This document shows, in pieces, positions 1 to 10,379 of a DNA stretch of 64,000 bases. The number at the start of each line of letters is the position of its first letter. Position 1 is the first letter of the stretch. This DNA is from Burkholderiales bacterium (GTDB lineage: Bacteria; Pseudomonadota; Gammaproteobacteria; Burkholderiales; Burkholderiaceae_C), in assembly GCA_038318385.1 (NCBI GenBank), contig JBBQCD010000001.1:14164-78163 (forward strand). The letters run 5' to 3'. The notes beneath the pieces are model-generated. The model was not told where the DNA came from and searched no databases. It worked only from the letters and a program-made list of their open reading frames with translations. The position numbers were made by a program, and so were the translations under genes.

Positions 1-258
1 CACGGTGAGGTTCATCTGCGCGACCGGCCCGGCCCAGCCGGCGGCGCCCAGCTCCTCGGCGCAGAACAGCCGCGTCAGCGAACCGCGCGCATCGCCGCGC
101 GGCTGGCGCGTGACGCGCATGACGCCGGCGAGCCCCGTCGCTTCGATCACGAATCGGCGCGCTGCGGTGTCTCCGCTCCCAGCCGCGATTGCCAGTTCAG
201 TCCCGGTCCCGATCTCGACGCCGGCTCCGGTTGCGCCGACTCGTTCCGCACCGCTCAT
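1..258 (-). CDS. RmlC-like cupin sugar-nucleotide 3,5-epimerase family protein, N-terminal part (gene runs off the window start)
   Basis: My own minus-strand translation from ATG 258 gives MSGAERVG...RRFVIEATGLAGVMRVTRQPRGDARGSLTRLFCAEELGAAGWAGPVAQMNLTV. The IE.T.L.GV..V....GD.RG.L.R.F block resembles the RmlC N-terminus. The ATG overlaps the rfbG stop (ATGA at 255-258). It is truncated, so it is not in the ORF track. Confidence 0.5.
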   Translation of the reverse strand, partial: MSGAERVGATGAGVEIGTGTELAIAAGSGDTAARRFVIEATGLAGVMRVTRQPRGDARGSLTRLFCAEELGAAGWAGPVAQMNLTV

Positions 259-1316
259 GCTGCGGCCTCGTGATCGGCGATGTCGGTCGCGCACAGCGCC
301 CGCGCGTCGGCGCCGTCGGCGAGAGCGCGGTACCAGCGCATCGAGCGCTGCACCGCCTCGGTCAGCGCCCAGCGCGGCTCCACGTCGAGCGTCGTGCGCG
401 CCTTCGCGATCTCGAGCGCGAGCCAGCCGGCTTCGTGCGGACCTTCCGCACCGTCGCCGCCAGCCCACTCGCCGCGACCATAGGCCTCGCGGGCCAGGCA
501 AACGACACGGCCGACCGTTGCGGCCTCGTCCGTCGGTGGCCCGAAGTTGTACGCCCCCGCGAGGGCGGGTTCGTGCCACAGGGCCTCGACCAATCGCAGG
601 TACGCCGCGAGCGGCTCCACCACGTGCTGCCACGGCCGCACCGCATCCGGTCGCCGCACCTGAAGGGTCGCCCCCCGCTCCCAGGCGCGAACGGCATCGG
701 GGATCAGCCGGTCCTCGGCCCAGTCGCCGCCGCCGATGACGTTGCCGGCGCGCGCGGTGGCGACGGCGACGCCGCGCGCGGCCAGGAAGGCGTCGCGATA
801 GCTCACGACGACGATCTCCGCGGCGGCCTTGCTCGCGCTGTAGGGATCGTGGCCGCCGAGCGCATCGGTCTCGCGGTAAGGGAACGCGTGCTCGAGGTTG
901 CGATAGACCTTGTCGGTGGTGACGACGACCACCACGCGCACCCCCCCCTGCTCGCGCAGCGCGTCCAGCACGTGGGCAGTGCCCATCACGTTGACGGCAT
1001 GGGTGGCCAGCGGGTCGCGGTAGCCGGCGCGCACCAGCGACTGCGCGGCCAGGTGCAGCACGATCTCGGGTCGGCTCTCCCGGACGAGCGCCGCCACTGC
1101 CGCCGCGTCACGAATATCACAGAGCCGGCTGTCGCACAGCTCGGCCACGCGGGCGCCGTCGAACAGGTTCGGCGTCGTCGTCGGCGCCAGGGCCGCCCCG
1201 GTGACGACGGCGCCGAGCCGATGCAGCCACTGCACCAGCCACGCGCCCTTGAAGCCGGTGTGGCCGGTGAGCAGCACGCGCCGGCCGCGCCAGAACGCCG
1301 GGTCGGGGTTGCGCAT
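255..1316 (-). CDS. rfbG: CDP-glucose 4,6-dehydratase
   Basis: ORF 255..1352. Motifs: FWRGRRVLLTGHTGFKGAWL (NAD Rossmann), YSASKAAAE (SDR YxxxK), RAGNVIGGGDW. I prefer the internal ATG at 1316 (MRNPDPAFW), which abuts the rfbF stop as TGATG. Confidence 0.9.
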   Translation of the reverse strand: MRNPDPAFWRGRRVLLTGHTGFKGAWLVQWLHRLGAVVTGAALAPTTTPNLFDGARVAELCDSRLCDIRDAAAVAALVRESRPEIVLHLAAQSLVRAGYRDPLATHAVNVMGTAHVLDALREQGGVRVVVVVTTDKVYRNLEHAFPYRETDALGGHDPYSASKAAAEIVVVSYRDAFLAARGVAVATARAGNVIGGGDWAEDRLIPDAVRAWERGATLQVRRPDAVRPWQHVVEPLAAYLRLVEALWHEPALAGAYNFGPPTDEAATVGRVVCLAREAYGRGEWAGGDGAEGPHEAGWLALEIAKARTTLDVEPRWALTEAVQRSMRWYRALADGADARALCATDIADHEAAA

Positions 1317-2086
1317 CACCACGTCTTCCACGGCGCCCGGCCGCTTTGCCACAACTCCTCGAGCAGGTTCTTCTCGCGCAGCGTGTCCATCGGCTGCCAG
1401 AAGCCGGTGTGAGTCCAGGCCATCAGTTCGCCATCGGCTGCCAGGCGCGTCAACGGTTCGCCTTCCCAGCTGGTGGCGTCGCCCTCGATGTAGTCGAGGC
1501 AGCGCGGCGACAGCACGAAAAAGCCGCCGTTGATCAGGCCGCCGTCGCCCCGCGGCTTCTCGGTGAAACCGCTCACCGCCGGGCCGTCGGTCGCGAGCGC
1601 GCCGTAGCGTCCGGGCGGCTGCACCGCGGTGATCGTCGCGAGCTTGCCGTGGGCGCGATGAAAGGCGATCGACGCGGCGATGTCAACGTCGGCGACGCCG
1701 TCGCCGTAGGTGAAGCAGAACGCTTCCTCGTCGCGGACGTAGTCGGCCACGCGCTTCAGGCGCCCGCCGGTCATCGAATCCTCGCCGGTGTTGACGAGCG
1801 TCACCCGCCACGGCTCGGCCTGGCGGTGGTGCACTTCCATGCGGTTGTCGGCCAGGTCGAAGGTGACGTCGGACATGTGCAAAAAGTAGTTGGCGAAGTA
1901 CTCCTTGATCACGTAGCCCTTGTAGCCGCAGCAGATCACGAACTCGTTGACGCCGCCCGCCGCGTAGATCTTCAGGATGTGCCACAGGATCGGCTTGCCG
2001 CCGATCTCGATCATCGGCTTGGGCTTGAGGTTGGTCTCCTCCGAGATGCGGCTGCCGTAGCCGCCGGCGAGGATCACTGCTTTCAT
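1316..2086 (-). CDS. rfbF: glucose-1-phosphate cytidylyltransferase
   Basis: [41 protein letters not shown], followed by [18 protein letters not shown]. This is the characteristic RfbF/DdhA pattern. The ATG overlaps the upstream stop (ATGA 2083-2086). Confidence 0.92.
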   Translation of the reverse strand: MKAVILAGGYGSRISEETNLKPKPMIEIGGKPILWHILKIYAAGGVNEFVICCGYKGYVIKEYFANYFLHMSDVTFDLADNRMEVHHRQAEPWRVTLVNTGEDSMTGGRLKRVADYVRDEEAFCFTYGDGVADVDIAASIAFHRAHGKLATITAVQPPGRYGALATDGPAVSGFTEKPRGDGGLINGGFFVLSPRCLDYIEGDATSWEGEPLTRLAADGELMAWTHTGFWQPMDTLREKNLLEELWQSGRAPWKTW

Positions 2087-3300
2087 CGGGAGGCTCCGCT
2101 GGAATCAGGAACAAGGGAACGACGACTCACCGGCAAGCCGACCACGGCCGCCGCGACCGGCGGCACCGCGAGCCCGGCGAGCAGCGCACGCGCCTCGGCC
2201 AGCACGCGCGCGGCGGCCATGGTCTCGAGGCAGTCGCTGCGGCTCTCATTGTGGCGCTCGCAGCCGGCCTGGTTGCACGGCACGCACGCCGGGTCGCCCT
2301 GCAGCAGCACGACGCCGCCGCCGTGTGGCGTCGGCGGCCGCTGGCGCAGCGCGTGGCGGACATAAGGCTGGGTCGCCGGATGCCCCTGCGGCCAGGGACC
2401 GAAGATGCGTGGATCGACCGGCCCGTAGAGCGCCACCAGCGGCGTGCCGCAGGCCGCCGCGAGGTGGGTGATCGAGGTGTCGGGGCCAACGTAGAGCGCG
2501 GCGCCTCGCAGCAGCGTGACGAGCTGGCCGAAGTCGAGCTGCCCGGCAACGTCGAGCAGCGGCGCGTCTGGCGCCGACACGAAGCCGTGCGCGTCCGATG
2601 CCACTGCCACCCCCTGCGCGACTTCGGCGGTGCGCGCGCGATCGGCCGTCGACGGACCACCGCTCAGCACCACGCCGATGCCGTCGTCGAGAAGGCCGCG
2701 CACCAGTTCGATCTGATGATGGATTGGCCAGAGCTTGTAGCGCACCAGCGTCGGCACGTGCAACACGACATAGCGTCGCGGCAGCCGCGCGGCGATCGCC
2801 TCGGGCAGCGCGCGCGCCGGCGGCGGTCGAACCTCGACGGCGTTCGGCGGCGCGGCCCACGGTGCCAGCAGCGCGAGCTTCTCGATGACCGCATGGGTGC
2901 GGTCGAAGCCGATCTCGACGGCGTGCTCGAGCAGCAGGCGCTTCCACCACGAGGTGCCGCGCTGCACCGGCACCTGGCCGCTGCGGCGGGCGGCGGCGAC
3001 GAAGCCGTAGAGGTGGGCGCGGTCGCTGTACTGCGCCACCAGCGCCAGGTCATAACGGCGCCAGAGGCGGCGGATCAGCGTCAGCGACTGCAGCCAGCCG
3101 GCGCCGGCGGGAACTTCGATCAGCTCACCGATGTCGGCATGGCCGCGCAGGATCTCGAGCGTGCCGGCAAAGCCGAGGACGTCGATCCGCGCCTGCGGCC
3201 AGCGGCGCCGCGCGGTCTCGATCAGCGGCGTCGTCAGGAGCACGTCACCGATCTGCCGCGTGCAGACGACGAGGATGCGCCGGAGGCCGTCCGCGTGCAT
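2083..3300 (-). CDS. glycosyltransferase family 9 (LPS heptosyltransferase-like)
   Basis: [35 protein letters not shown] is the GT9 N-terminal signature. Also [24 protein letters not shown] and a C-terminal Cys cluster, [19 protein letters not shown]. Confidence 0.85.
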   Translation of the reverse strand: MHADGLRRILVVCTRQIGDVLLTTPLIETARRRWPQARIDVLGFAGTLEILRGHADIGELIEVPAGAGWLQSLTLIRRLWRRYDLALVAQYSDRAHLYGFVAAARRSGQVPVQRGTSWWKRLLLEHAVEIGFDRTHAVIEKLALLAPWAAPPNAVEVRPPPARALPEAIAARLPRRYVVLHVPTLVRYKLWPIHHQIELVRGLLDDGIGVVLSGGPSTADRARTAEVAQGVAVASDAHGFVSAPDAPLLDVAGQLDFGQLVTLLRGAALYVGPDTSITHLAAACGTPLVALYGPVDPRIFGPWPQGHPATQPYVRHALRQRPPTPHGGGVVLLQGDPACVPCNQAGCERHNESRSDCLETMAAARVLAEARALLAGLAVPPVAAAVVGLPVSRRSLVPDSSGASR

Positions 3301-3330
3301 GGCGAAATGACTAGGGTCGAACGGCCACCG

Positions 3331-4821
3331 TCACAGCAGCACGATGTCGTACTGCTCCGGGGAGCCGAGCGGCTCGGCCGTCAGCGAGATCGGCTTGCCG
3401 ATGAAATCCGAGAGGCCGGCCAGGTGCTGGCCTTCTTCGTCGAGCAGCATCTCCACGACGGTGGCCGAGGCGATCACGCGGAACTCCTTCGGGTTGAACT
3501 GGCGTGCCTCGCGCAGGATCTCGCGCAGGATGTCGTAGCAGACGCTGCGCGCGGTCTTGACCTGGCCGCGGCCCTGACAGGTCGGGCACGGCTCGCACAA
3601 CAGGTGGGCCAGCGACTCGCGCGTACGCTTGCGGGTCATCTCGACCAGGCCGAGCTGGGTGAAGCCGCTGACGGTGACCTTGGTGCGGTCGCGCGCGAGC
3701 TGCTTCCTGAACTCGGCCAGCACCGCGCCCTGGTGGTCTTCCCGCGTCATGTCGATGAAGTCGACGATGATGATGCCGCCGAGGTTGCGCAACCGCAGCT
3801 GCCGCGCGATCGCGCCGGCCGCCTCGAGGTTGGTCTTGAAGATGGTGTCGTCGAAGTTGCGCGCGCCGACGAAGCCACCGGTGTTGACGTCGACCGTGGT
3901 CAGCGCCTCGGTCTGGTCGACGATCAGGTAGCCGCCGGACTTCAGCTCGACCCGACGCTCGAGCGCGCGCGCGATCTCCTCGTCGATGTTGAAGAGATCG
4001 AAGATCGGCCGTTCGCCGGCGTAGAGCTGGAGCCGCGCGACCGAGGTCGGGGTGAACTCGCGGCCGAATTGCGCCAGCACCTCGAACTGCAGCTTCGAGT
4101 CGATGCGGATCGTCTGCGTCCCTTCGTCGGCGAGGTCGCGCAGCACTCGCTCCGCCAGGCTCAGGTCCTGGTGCAGCAGGGTTCCCGGCGGCGACTTGAA
4201 GCCGCGCTCGCGGACGGCGTGCCAGGTCTTCCTCAGGTAACGGATGTCGTCGGCGAGCTCGGCGTCACTCGCCTCTGCCGCGTTGGTGCGCAGGATGTAG
4301 CCGCCGCCCTCGGCCGCTGCGCCCTCGGCCGGCTGGGTCAGCGTCGTCATCCGCGCACGCAACTGCTCGCGCAGCTCCTGCGAACCGATCTTCTGCGAGA
4401 TGCCGATGTGGTCGTCCTGCGGCAGGAAAACGAGCAACCGGCCGGCGATGCTGACCTGAGTCGAGAGGCGTGCGCCCTTGGTGCCGATCGGGTCCTTGAT
4501 GACCTGAACCGTCAGCGTCTGGCCCTCGAAGACGAGACGCTCGATGGGTATCTGCGGCGTGCCGTTGCCATTGTGTTCCGAGCGCGGTGTGACGCCGTTG
4601 ACCTGGACATCGGCGACATGCAGGAACGCCGCGCGTTCCAGGCCGATGTCGATGAAGGCCGACTGCATGCCGGGAAGGACACGGGCGACGCGCCCGGCGT
4701 AGATGTTGCCGACGAGGCCACGCTCGGCGGAGCGCTCGATGTGGAGTTCCTGCACTGCGCCGTTCTCGACGACGGCAACGCGCGTTTCCTGCGGCGACCA
4801 GTTGATCAGGATGTCTTGCAT
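3331..4821 (-). CDS. rng: ribonuclease G
   Basis: MQDILINWSPQETRVAVVENGAVQELHIER...GNIYAGRVARVLPGMQSAFIDIG (S1 domain), followed by LIVDQTEALTTVDVNTGGFVG, the RNase E/G catalytic core. Confidence 0.93.
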   Translation of the reverse strand: MQDILINWSPQETRVAVVENGAVQELHIERSAERGLVGNIYAGRVARVLPGMQSAFIDIGLERAAFLHVADVQVNGVTPRSEHNGNGTPQIPIERLVFEGQTLTVQVIKDPIGTKGARLSTQVSIAGRLLVFLPQDDHIGISQKIGSQELREQLRARMTTLTQPAEGAAAEGGGYILRTNAAEASDAELADDIRYLRKTWHAVRERGFKSPPGTLLHQDLSLAERVLRDLADEGTQTIRIDSKLQFEVLAQFGREFTPTSVARLQLYAGERPIFDLFNIDEEIARALERRVELKSGGYLIVDQTEALTTVDVNTGGFVGARNFDDTIFKTNLEAAGAIARQLRLRNLGGIIIVDFIDMTREDHQGAVLAEFRKQLARDRTKVTVSGFTQLGLVEMTRKRTRESLAHLLCEPCPTCQGRGQVKTARSVCYDILREILREARQFNPKEFRVIASATVVEMLLDEEGQHLAGLSDFIGKPISLTAEPLGSPEQYDIVLL

Positions 4822-4846
4822 GGACGGTTCAGTTCCTGATGCTGCG

Positions 4847-5470
4847 TCAGAAGCCGACGCCTGCTCTTTTCAGCAGTTGTGCCGTCTCGTACAGGGGCAA
4901 GCCCATGATACCGGAGTAGCTTCCGGCAATACGCTCGACCCAGGCCGCAGCGGCGCTCTGGATGGCGTACGCGCCGGCCTTCCCGAAGGGTTCGCCGCTG
5001 GCGACGTAGCGTTCGATCGCCACTGGATCGATGACGCCGAAGCGCACGCTCGACGCGCTCGACGCGAACCAGCGCGCCTCGCCGGAGGCCACCGCCACCG
5101 CCGTGAGGACGCGATGGCTGCGTCCCGAAAGGCGCTGCAGCGTCGCCACCGCGTCGGCCGCGTCGGCCGGCTTGCCGAGGATGCGCCGGCCGAGGACGAC
5201 AGTCGTGTCGGCGCACAGGATGGGCGCGGGCGGAAGACCGCGCTCGCGCCGGCGTGCGCAGGCCGCCGCGAGCTTGGCACGGGTGACACGTTCGACGTAG
5301 TCGCGCGGCGCCTCGCCGGCACGGCCGGCCTCGAGCGCTTCGACATCCTCGTTCGCGTCGGCAAGCAGCAATTCGTGGGCGACGCCGATCTGGTCGAGCA
5401 GCTGGGCCCGGCGCGGACTCTGCGACGCCAGGTAGACGAAGCCGGCACGTGCCGCGCCGGCGTCACTCAC
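4847..5470 (-). CDS. maf: Maf-family nucleoside triphosphate pyrophosphatase
   Basis: [20 protein letters not shown]...GKAGAYAIQ motifs. It sits in the conserved position between rlmH and rng. Confidence 0.9.
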   Translation of the reverse strand: MSDAGAARAGFVYLASQSPRRAQLLDQIGVAHELLLADANEDVEALEAGRAGEAPRDYVERVTRAKLAAACARRRERGLPPAPILCADTTVVLGRRILGKPADAADAVATLQRLSGRSHRVLTAVAVASGEARWFASSASSVRFGVIDPVAIERYVASGEPFGKAGAYAIQSAAAAWVERIAGSYSGIMGLPLYETAQLLKRAGVGF

Positions 5471-5930
5471 GGTGGTACGGGTGGTTCACGAGCACGGTCC
5501 ACGCGCGGTACAGCGCCTCCGCGAGCAGGACACGGACGAAGGCGTGCGGCAAGGTCAGCTCCGAGAGTCGCAGCGCCTCGTCGGCACTCGCCTTGAGCGC
5601 CGGATCGAGGCCGTCCGGTCCGCCGATGAAAAAAGCGACGTCGCGGCCATCGTTCAGCCAGGCTTTCATGCGCTGCGCGAGATCGGCCGTCGCCAGCCCT
5701 GTGCCGCGTTCGTCGAGGACGATCCGGCGCACGCCACGCGGCGCCGCTGCCTCGATGCGCGCGGCTTCTGCGGCCATCAGCTGGGGACCGGTCTTCGCGC
5801 CGCGCGTCTCGGCCTTCACCGCCTTGAGCTCGAGGCGCATCTCCGGCGGAAAGCGCTTCGCGTAGTCGGCATAGGCCGCGTCGGCCCACGCCGGCTGGCG
5901 CAGGCCGACGGCGATCAGCAGGAGCTTCAT
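5463..5930 (-). CDS. rlmH: 23S rRNA (pseudouridine1915-N3)-methyltransferase
   Basis: 155 aa. MKLLLIAVG...[30 protein letters not shown]...[15 protein letters not shown] matches the SPOUT RlmH pattern. Confidence 0.92.
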   Translation of the reverse strand: MKLLLIAVGLRQPAWADAAYADYAKRFPPEMRLELKAVKAETRGAKTGPQLMAAEAARIEAAAPRGVRRIVLDERGTGLATADLAQRMKAWLNDGRDVAFFIGGPDGLDPALKASADEALRLSELTLPHAFVRVLLAEALYRAWTVLVNHPYHRE

Positions 5931-5948
5931 GCCGCGGGCGGCGGCGCG

Positions 5949-6716
5949 TCAGCGTCGCGTCGGAGCCTTGCGCGGCGCGGACTTCTTCACCGCGGGTGCG
6001 GATCGCGAAGATGCAGAGCGGGGCGGAGCCTTCGCCGGAGCGCGCTTGACACCGACCGTGCGCGTCACCGCCCTCTTGGCCGCCGCACCGCGTGACGAGG
6101 GCGCGGTTTCGGTGCGGGCACGGCTGGCCGGCTTGGCGGCAGGGCCCTTGCGGGTGGCCGGGCGTGCGCCGGTCAGCGCTGTCTTCTTCGCGACGGCCTT
6201 CTTCGCGGCGGCTTTCTTCGCGGGAGGCCTGGCAGGGGTGCCGGCGCGCGCCGGTGCTCCCGCCGCGGGGGCAGGAGCACGGCTGCGGGTCGGCTTGGCA
6301 CCGGCCTTCTTGCGTGAAGCGGCCGCTGCCGGGGCGGGCACATCGGGGCCGGCGGTGCGGGTCGACGTCACGGCGCCGAGCTTGACCTTCACCGGCTTTT
6401 CGCCCCACAGCTCCTCGAGGTGGTAGTAGTCGCGAAACGACGGTTGCATCACGTGGACGACCGCAGCGCCGCAGTCGACGATGATCCACTCGCCGTTGGC
6501 CTCGCCCTCGACGCGCGGTGGCGGTGCGCCCGCCGCCTTCACCGCATCGCGCACGCTCGCCGCCAGCGACTTCGTCTGCCGATTGCTCGTGCCCGAGGCG
6601 ATGATCACCCGTTCGAACAGGGCCGAGAGGTGCTCGGTGTTGAAGACGAGGATGTTCTGGGCCTTCACGTCTTCGAGACCGTCGACGATGACGCGTTGCA
6701 GTTTGCGGATGTCCAT
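5949..6716 (-). CDS. rsfS: ribosome silencing factor RsfS with a long Ala/Lys/Pro-rich C-terminal extension
   Basis: The first ~108 aa (LEDVKAQNILVFN...WIIVDCGAAVVHVMQPSFRDYYHLEELWG) are the RsfS/Iojap core. The remaining ~147 aa are a KKAAAKKAVAKK/PAKAP-type low-complexity basic tail. The ATG directly abuts the nadD stop. Confidence 0.85.
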   Translation of the reverse strand: MDIRKLQRVIVDGLEDVKAQNILVFNTEHLSALFERVIIASGTSNRQTKSLAASVRDAVKAAGAPPPRVEGEANGEWIIVDCGAAVVHVMQPSFRDYYHLEELWGEKPVKVKLGAVTSTRTAGPDVPAPAAAASRKKAGAKPTRSRAPAPAAGAPARAGTPARPPAKKAAAKKAVAKKTALTGARPATRKGPAAKPASRARTETAPSSRGAAAKRAVTRTVGVKRAPAKAPPRSASSRSAPAVKKSAPRKAPTRR

Positions 6717-7334
6717 TCAGCTCCTGGATGGGGCGCCGCCGTCGACGGCGTCGACGTCCGGCTGGTAGAGGTGGTGTCGGGCAATATAGCTTGCCACCCC
6801 GGGGGGGACCAGGGTCTCGATCGATTGCCCCCTGGCGAGCAGGTCGCGGATGTCGGTCGAGGACTCATCCATCAGCGGCAGCGCGATGCGGCGATGCGGG
6901 GTACTGGCGATCTGCGAGTCCACGGCCGCAGCCCCCGGGCGCGGCGCGATGACCAGCGTGACCATGCCGACGAGCTCACGCCAGTCGCGCCAGGTGTGCA
7001 GGCCGGCATACTGGTCCTGGCCGAGGATGAGGTACCACTCGATCTCGGGTTCGGCGGCACGCAGTTCGCGCACCGTGTCGAGGGTGTAGCTGATGCCGCG
7101 GCGCCGCAGCTCGCAACGTTCCAGCACGAAGCGGGGCTCGCCCGCGATCGCCAGCCGGACCATGGCCTCGCGGTCGGCCGCAGGCACGAGCTGGCGCGAC
7201 TTCTGCCAGGCCTGCCAGACCGGCACCCAGCGGATCTCGTCCAGCCCGAGTTCGGCGAGCGCGACCCTGGCGAGCGCCACGTGGGCGTTGTGCACCGGGT
7301 CGAAGCTGCCGCCGAAGATCCCGACCCGCTTCAA
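6717..7334 (-). CDS. nadD: nicotinate-nucleotide adenylyltransferase
   Basis: [19 protein letters not shown] (HxGH-type motif) and [11 protein letters not shown]. The track ORF extends to 7430. A TTG at 7334 (LKRVGIFGG) forms a TTGA overlap with the hemF stop and gives a normal NadD N-terminus. Confidence 0.85.
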   Translation of the reverse strand: MKRVGIFGGSFDPVHNAHVALARVALAELGLDEIRWVPVWQAWQKSRQLVPAADREAMVRLAIAGEPRFVLERCELRRRGISYTLDTVRELRAAEPEIEWYLILGQDQYAGLHTWRDWRELVGMVTLVIAPRPGAAAVDSQIASTPHRRIALPLMDESSTDIRDLLARGQSIETLVPPGVASYIARHHLYQPDVDAVDGGAPSRS

Positions 7335-8287
7335 TCCGCCACCTCGTCGGCCCAGTCGCGCGGCCGCAGGAAGTCGCTGTAGAGCCGCGCCTCGGGCGAT
7401 CCCGGCGCCGGATGCCAGTCGTAGCGCCACGCAGCCAGCGGCGGCATCGACATCAGGATGCTTTCGGTGCGACCCCCCGACTGCAGGCCGAACAACGTGC
7501 CACGGTCGTAGACCAGGTTGAATTCGACGTAGCGGCCGCGCCGGTAAGCCTGGAAGTCACGCTCGCTTGCACCGTAGGTCATTCCGCGCCGCGCCGCGAC
7601 GATCGGCAGGTAGGCGGGCAGGAAGGCATCGCCGACGGCGCGCGTCATCGCGAAGGCGGTCTCGACGTCCGGCTCGCCGACATCGTCGAAGAAGACGCCC
7701 CCGATGCCGCGCGGCTCCTGGCGGTGCTTGAGGAAGAAGTACTCGTCGCACCACTGCTTGTAGCGCGGATAGCGCTCGGCACCGAACGGCTGCAGGGCTT
7801 GCCGGTTGACGCGATGGAAATGGCGCGCGTCGTCCTCGAAGCCGTAGTACGGCGTGAGGTCCATGCCGCCGCCGAACCAGACCACCGCGTCGCGCCCCGG
7901 CGGATGCGCGGCGAGCATGCGCACGTTCATGTGGACCGTCGGTACGTAGGGGTTGCGCGGATGCATGACCAGCGACACGCCCATGGCCTCGAACGGCGCG
8001 TCGACCAGGTCGGCCCGGTGCTGCGTCGCGGAACCCGGCAATGCCCTCCCGCGGACATGCGAGAAGCCGCAGCCACCGCGCTCCAGCAGGCTGCCGCCTT
8101 CGACCAGACGCGAATTGCCGTCACCCTCGAGCTTGCCGCCTGACGGTCGGGTCCAGGCGTCGGCACCGAAGGCATCACCCCCCTCGGCCTCGAAGGCCGT
8201 GACGATCCGTGCCTGCAGGTCGAGCAGGTACGTGCGGACCGCCGCGGCGATCGCCGGCGAACCGCCGCTCTCAGCGCTTGATCGCAC
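7331..8287 (-). CDS. hemF: oxygen-dependent coproporphyrinogen III oxidase
   Basis: [50 protein letters not shown] and SILMSMPP are all HemF signature blocks. Confidence 0.93.
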   Translation of the reverse strand: MRSSAESGGSPAIAAAVRTYLLDLQARIVTAFEAEGGDAFGADAWTRPSGGKLEGDGNSRLVEGGSLLERGGCGFSHVRGRALPGSATQHRADLVDAPFEAMGVSLVMHPRNPYVPTVHMNVRMLAAHPPGRDAVVWFGGGMDLTPYYGFEDDARHFHRVNRQALQPFGAERYPRYKQWCDEYFFLKHRQEPRGIGGVFFDDVGEPDVETAFAMTRAVGDAFLPAYLPIVAARRGMTYGASERDFQAYRRGRYVEFNLVYDRGTLFGLQSGGRTESILMSMPPLAAWRYDWHPAPGSPEARLYSDFLRPRDWADEVAD

Positions 8288-9548
8288 GATGACCGATGTC
8301 GCGCCGCGCCTGCGCGCCGTCGAAGCGGATGCCGTCGAGCACCTGGTACGCGCGCTGCTGCGCGAGTTTCACGGAATCGCCGAGAACCGTCACGCAGAGC
8401 ACGCGCCCCCCCTGGGTCACGACACGGCCGTCCCTCGACACCGTGCCGGCATGGAACACCATCGCGTCGGGACTCGGCGGCGGCAGAGCGTCGAGCCGGT
8501 CGCCGGAGCGCGGGCTGGCCGGATAGCCGTGCGCGGCCATCACGACGCCCAGCGCCGTGCGCCGGTCCCATTGCAGCTCGACCGCTTCCAGTCCGGGCTC
8601 CTGGGGACCGGCGGTCGCCTGCATCAGGACGTCGAAGAGGTCGCTCTTGAGGCGCAGCATCAGGACCTGGGCCTCCGGATCGCCGAGCCGGCAGTTGAAC
8701 TCGACGGTGCGCGGCTGACCCTCGGCATCGATCATCAGGCCCGCATAGAGAAAGCCGCTGAACGGCACGCCGTCCGCGGCCATGCCGGCGATGGCCGGCA
8801 GGATGATCTCCTGCATTACCCGCGCATGCACATTCGGGGTCACCACCGGAGCCGGCGAATACGCGCCCATGCCGCCGGTGTTCGGGCCGGCGTCGCCGTC
8901 GAGCAGGCGCTTGTGGTCCTGGCTGGTGGCCAGCGGGACGACATGGCGGCCGTCGCAGACGACGATGAAGCTCGCCTCCTCGCCGTCGAGATAGTCCTCG
9001 ATGACGACTCGGCTGCGGCCGCCGTCGCCGCGCGTCGGCAACATCGCGTCGATCGCGGCGTGCGCTTCTGCCGCCGTCATCGCCACGACCACGCCCTTGC
9101 CCGCCGCGAGGCCATCGGCCTTGACGACGATCGGCGCGCCGCGGGCGTCGACATGGGCGTGCGCGGCCGCGGCGTCGACGAAGGTCTCGAAGCCGGCCGT
9201 CGGGATCCGGTGGCGCTTCATGAATTCCTTGGCGAAGGCCTTGGAGCTCTCGAGCTGCGCGGCCGCACGCGTCGGCCCGAAGATCCGCAGGCCGCGGTCG
9301 CGGAAGATGTCGACCGCGCCATCGGCGAGCGCCGCCTCGGGACCGACCACGGTCAGGGCGACCTTCTCCGCCTGGGCGAAATCGGCCAGCGCCTCGAGAT
9401 CGGCGATGGCGACGTTGCGCAGCAGCGGGTCGCTGCCGGTCCCGGCGTTGCCGGGCGCGACGAACACCGTCTGCACCTTGGGCGACTGCGCCAGCTTCCA
9501 GGCAAGCGCGTGCTCGCGCCCGCCGCCTCCGATGACGAGGACCTTCAT
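8271..9548 (-). CDS. purD: phosphoribosylamine--glycine ligase
   Basis: [23 protein letters not shown]...[15 protein letters not shown]...[12 protein letters not shown]. Full-length PurD pattern. Confidence 0.95.
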   Translation of the reverse strand: MKVLVIGGGGREHALAWKLAQSPKVQTVFVAPGNAGTGSDPLLRNVAIADLEALADFAQAEKVALTVVGPEAALADGAVDIFRDRGLRIFGPTRAAAQLESSKAFAKEFMKRHRIPTAGFETFVDAAAAHAHVDARGAPIVVKADGLAAGKGVVVAMTAAEAHAAIDAMLPTRGDGGRSRVVIEDYLDGEEASFIVVCDGRHVVPLATSQDHKRLLDGDAGPNTGGMGAYSPAPVVTPNVHARVMQEIILPAIAGMAADGVPFSGFLYAGLMIDAEGQPRTVEFNCRLGDPEAQVLMLRLKSDLFDVLMQATAGPQEPGLEAVELQWDRRTALGVVMAAHGYPASPRSGDRLDALPPPSPDAMVFHAGTVSRDGRVVTQGGRVLCVTVLGDSVKLAQQRAYQVLDGIRFDGAQARRDIGHRAIKR

Positions 9549-9570
9549 CGCGCCGGACCGCCCCGCGCCG

Positions 9571-10296
9571 TCACGCCGCGATCTCGGCGTTGTGGAAGAG
9601 GGCCTGGACGTCGTCGAGGTCCTCGATCACGTCGAGCAGCTTCTGCATCCGCTGGGCATCGTCGCCGGTCAACTCGACGCTGTTCTCGGGGCGCATCGTC
9701 ACCTCGGCGAGCTCGGGAGAAAAGCCCGCGCCTTCGAGCCCGGCCTTCACGGCCTCGAAGGCGCCCGGCGCCGTCAGAACCTCGATGGCGCCATCCTCAC
9801 CCACGACGACGTCGTCGGCGCCGGCATCGAGGGCGGCTTCCATCAGCTTGTCCTCGTCTGTCCCCGGTGCGAACACGAGCTGACCGCAGTTGCGGAACTG
9901 AAACGCCACGGATCCGTCGGTGCCGAGATTGCCGCCGTACTTGCTGAAGGCGTGCCGGACCTCGGCCACCGTGCGCACCCGGTTGTCGGTCATGCAGTCG
10001 ACGATGATCGCCGCGCCGCCGATGCCGTAACCCTCGTAGCGGACTTCCTCGTAGTGCACGCCTTCGAGAGCACCGGTGGCCTTGTCGACGTTCTTCTTGA
10101 TGGTGTCGGCTGGCATGTTCGCGGCCTTGGCCTTTTCCACCGCCAGACGCAGGCGCGGATTCATGGCCAGATCACCGCCGCTCTGGCGCGCTGCCACGAC
10201 GATCTCGCGGATGATGCGGGTCCAGACCTTGCCGCGCTTCTCGTCCTGGCGGCCCTTGCGATGCTGGATGTTGGCCCACTTGGAATGACCGGCCAT
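9571..10296 (-). CDS. YebC/PmpR-family DNA-binding transcriptional regulator
   Basis: [32 protein letters not shown] is the invariant family N-terminus. 241 aa. Confidence 0.93.
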   Translation of the reverse strand: MAGHSKWANIQHRKGRQDEKRGKVWTRIIREIVVAARQSGGDLAMNPRLRLAVEKAKAANMPADTIKKNVDKATGALEGVHYEEVRYEGYGIGGAAIIVDCMTDNRVRTVAEVRHAFSKYGGNLGTDGSVAFQFRNCGQLVFAPGTDEDKLMEAALDAGADDVVVGEDGAIEVLTAPGAFEAVKAGLEGAGFSPELAEVTMRPENSVELTGDDAQRMQKLLDVIEDLDDVQALFHNAEIAA

Positions 10297-10379
10297 GAGG
10301 CTCCTCTGCCGCGAGAGCCGCTGGGGCGGGCTCGGGTACGTGTTTGAGTAGACTGTAATTTTACTTGGGGCGCCCCAGC

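Noticed and set aside
2251-4839. An 862-aa plus-strand ORF, and similar giant ORFs at 13726-16263, 15751-17937, 21100-23358, 37352-39691, 40901-42751, 7953-9947 and 10161-11810.
   Set aside because: They lie antisense to, or frame-shifted over, genes with unmistakable conserved motifs (rng, M14 peptidase, glnS, the FadE-like gene, the ABC ATPase, purD, DUF853). Their translations are Arg/Ala/Gly/Pro-rich low-complexity strings, typical of stop-poor shadow frames in high-GC DNA.
5949-6489. I considered that the RsfS tail region might instead encode the 340-aa ORF 5467-6489 or the plus-strand ORFs 5929-6426 and 6092-6385.
   Set aside because: Those frames overlap rlmH or lack any start context, and their composition is generic Arg/Gly/Pro shadow sequence. 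The RsfS frame is continuous from a conserved core.
7335-7430. An N-terminal 32-aa extension of nadD from the track start at 7430.
   Set aside because: The extension ([32 protein letters not shown]) overlaps hemF by 100 nt and has no counterpart in NadD. The TTG at 7334 gives the standard [13 protein letters not shown]-terminus in a TTGA junction.
10321-10378. An 8-bp inverted repeat (ctggggcg / cgccccag) flanking the AT-rich core between the yebC-family gene and the DUF853 gene. I considered a mobile-element end or a riboswitch.
   Set aside because: It is only 58 nt, has no flanking target duplication or transposase, and sits where divergent promoters are expected. It is most simply a promoter/operator region, and I cannot support more.
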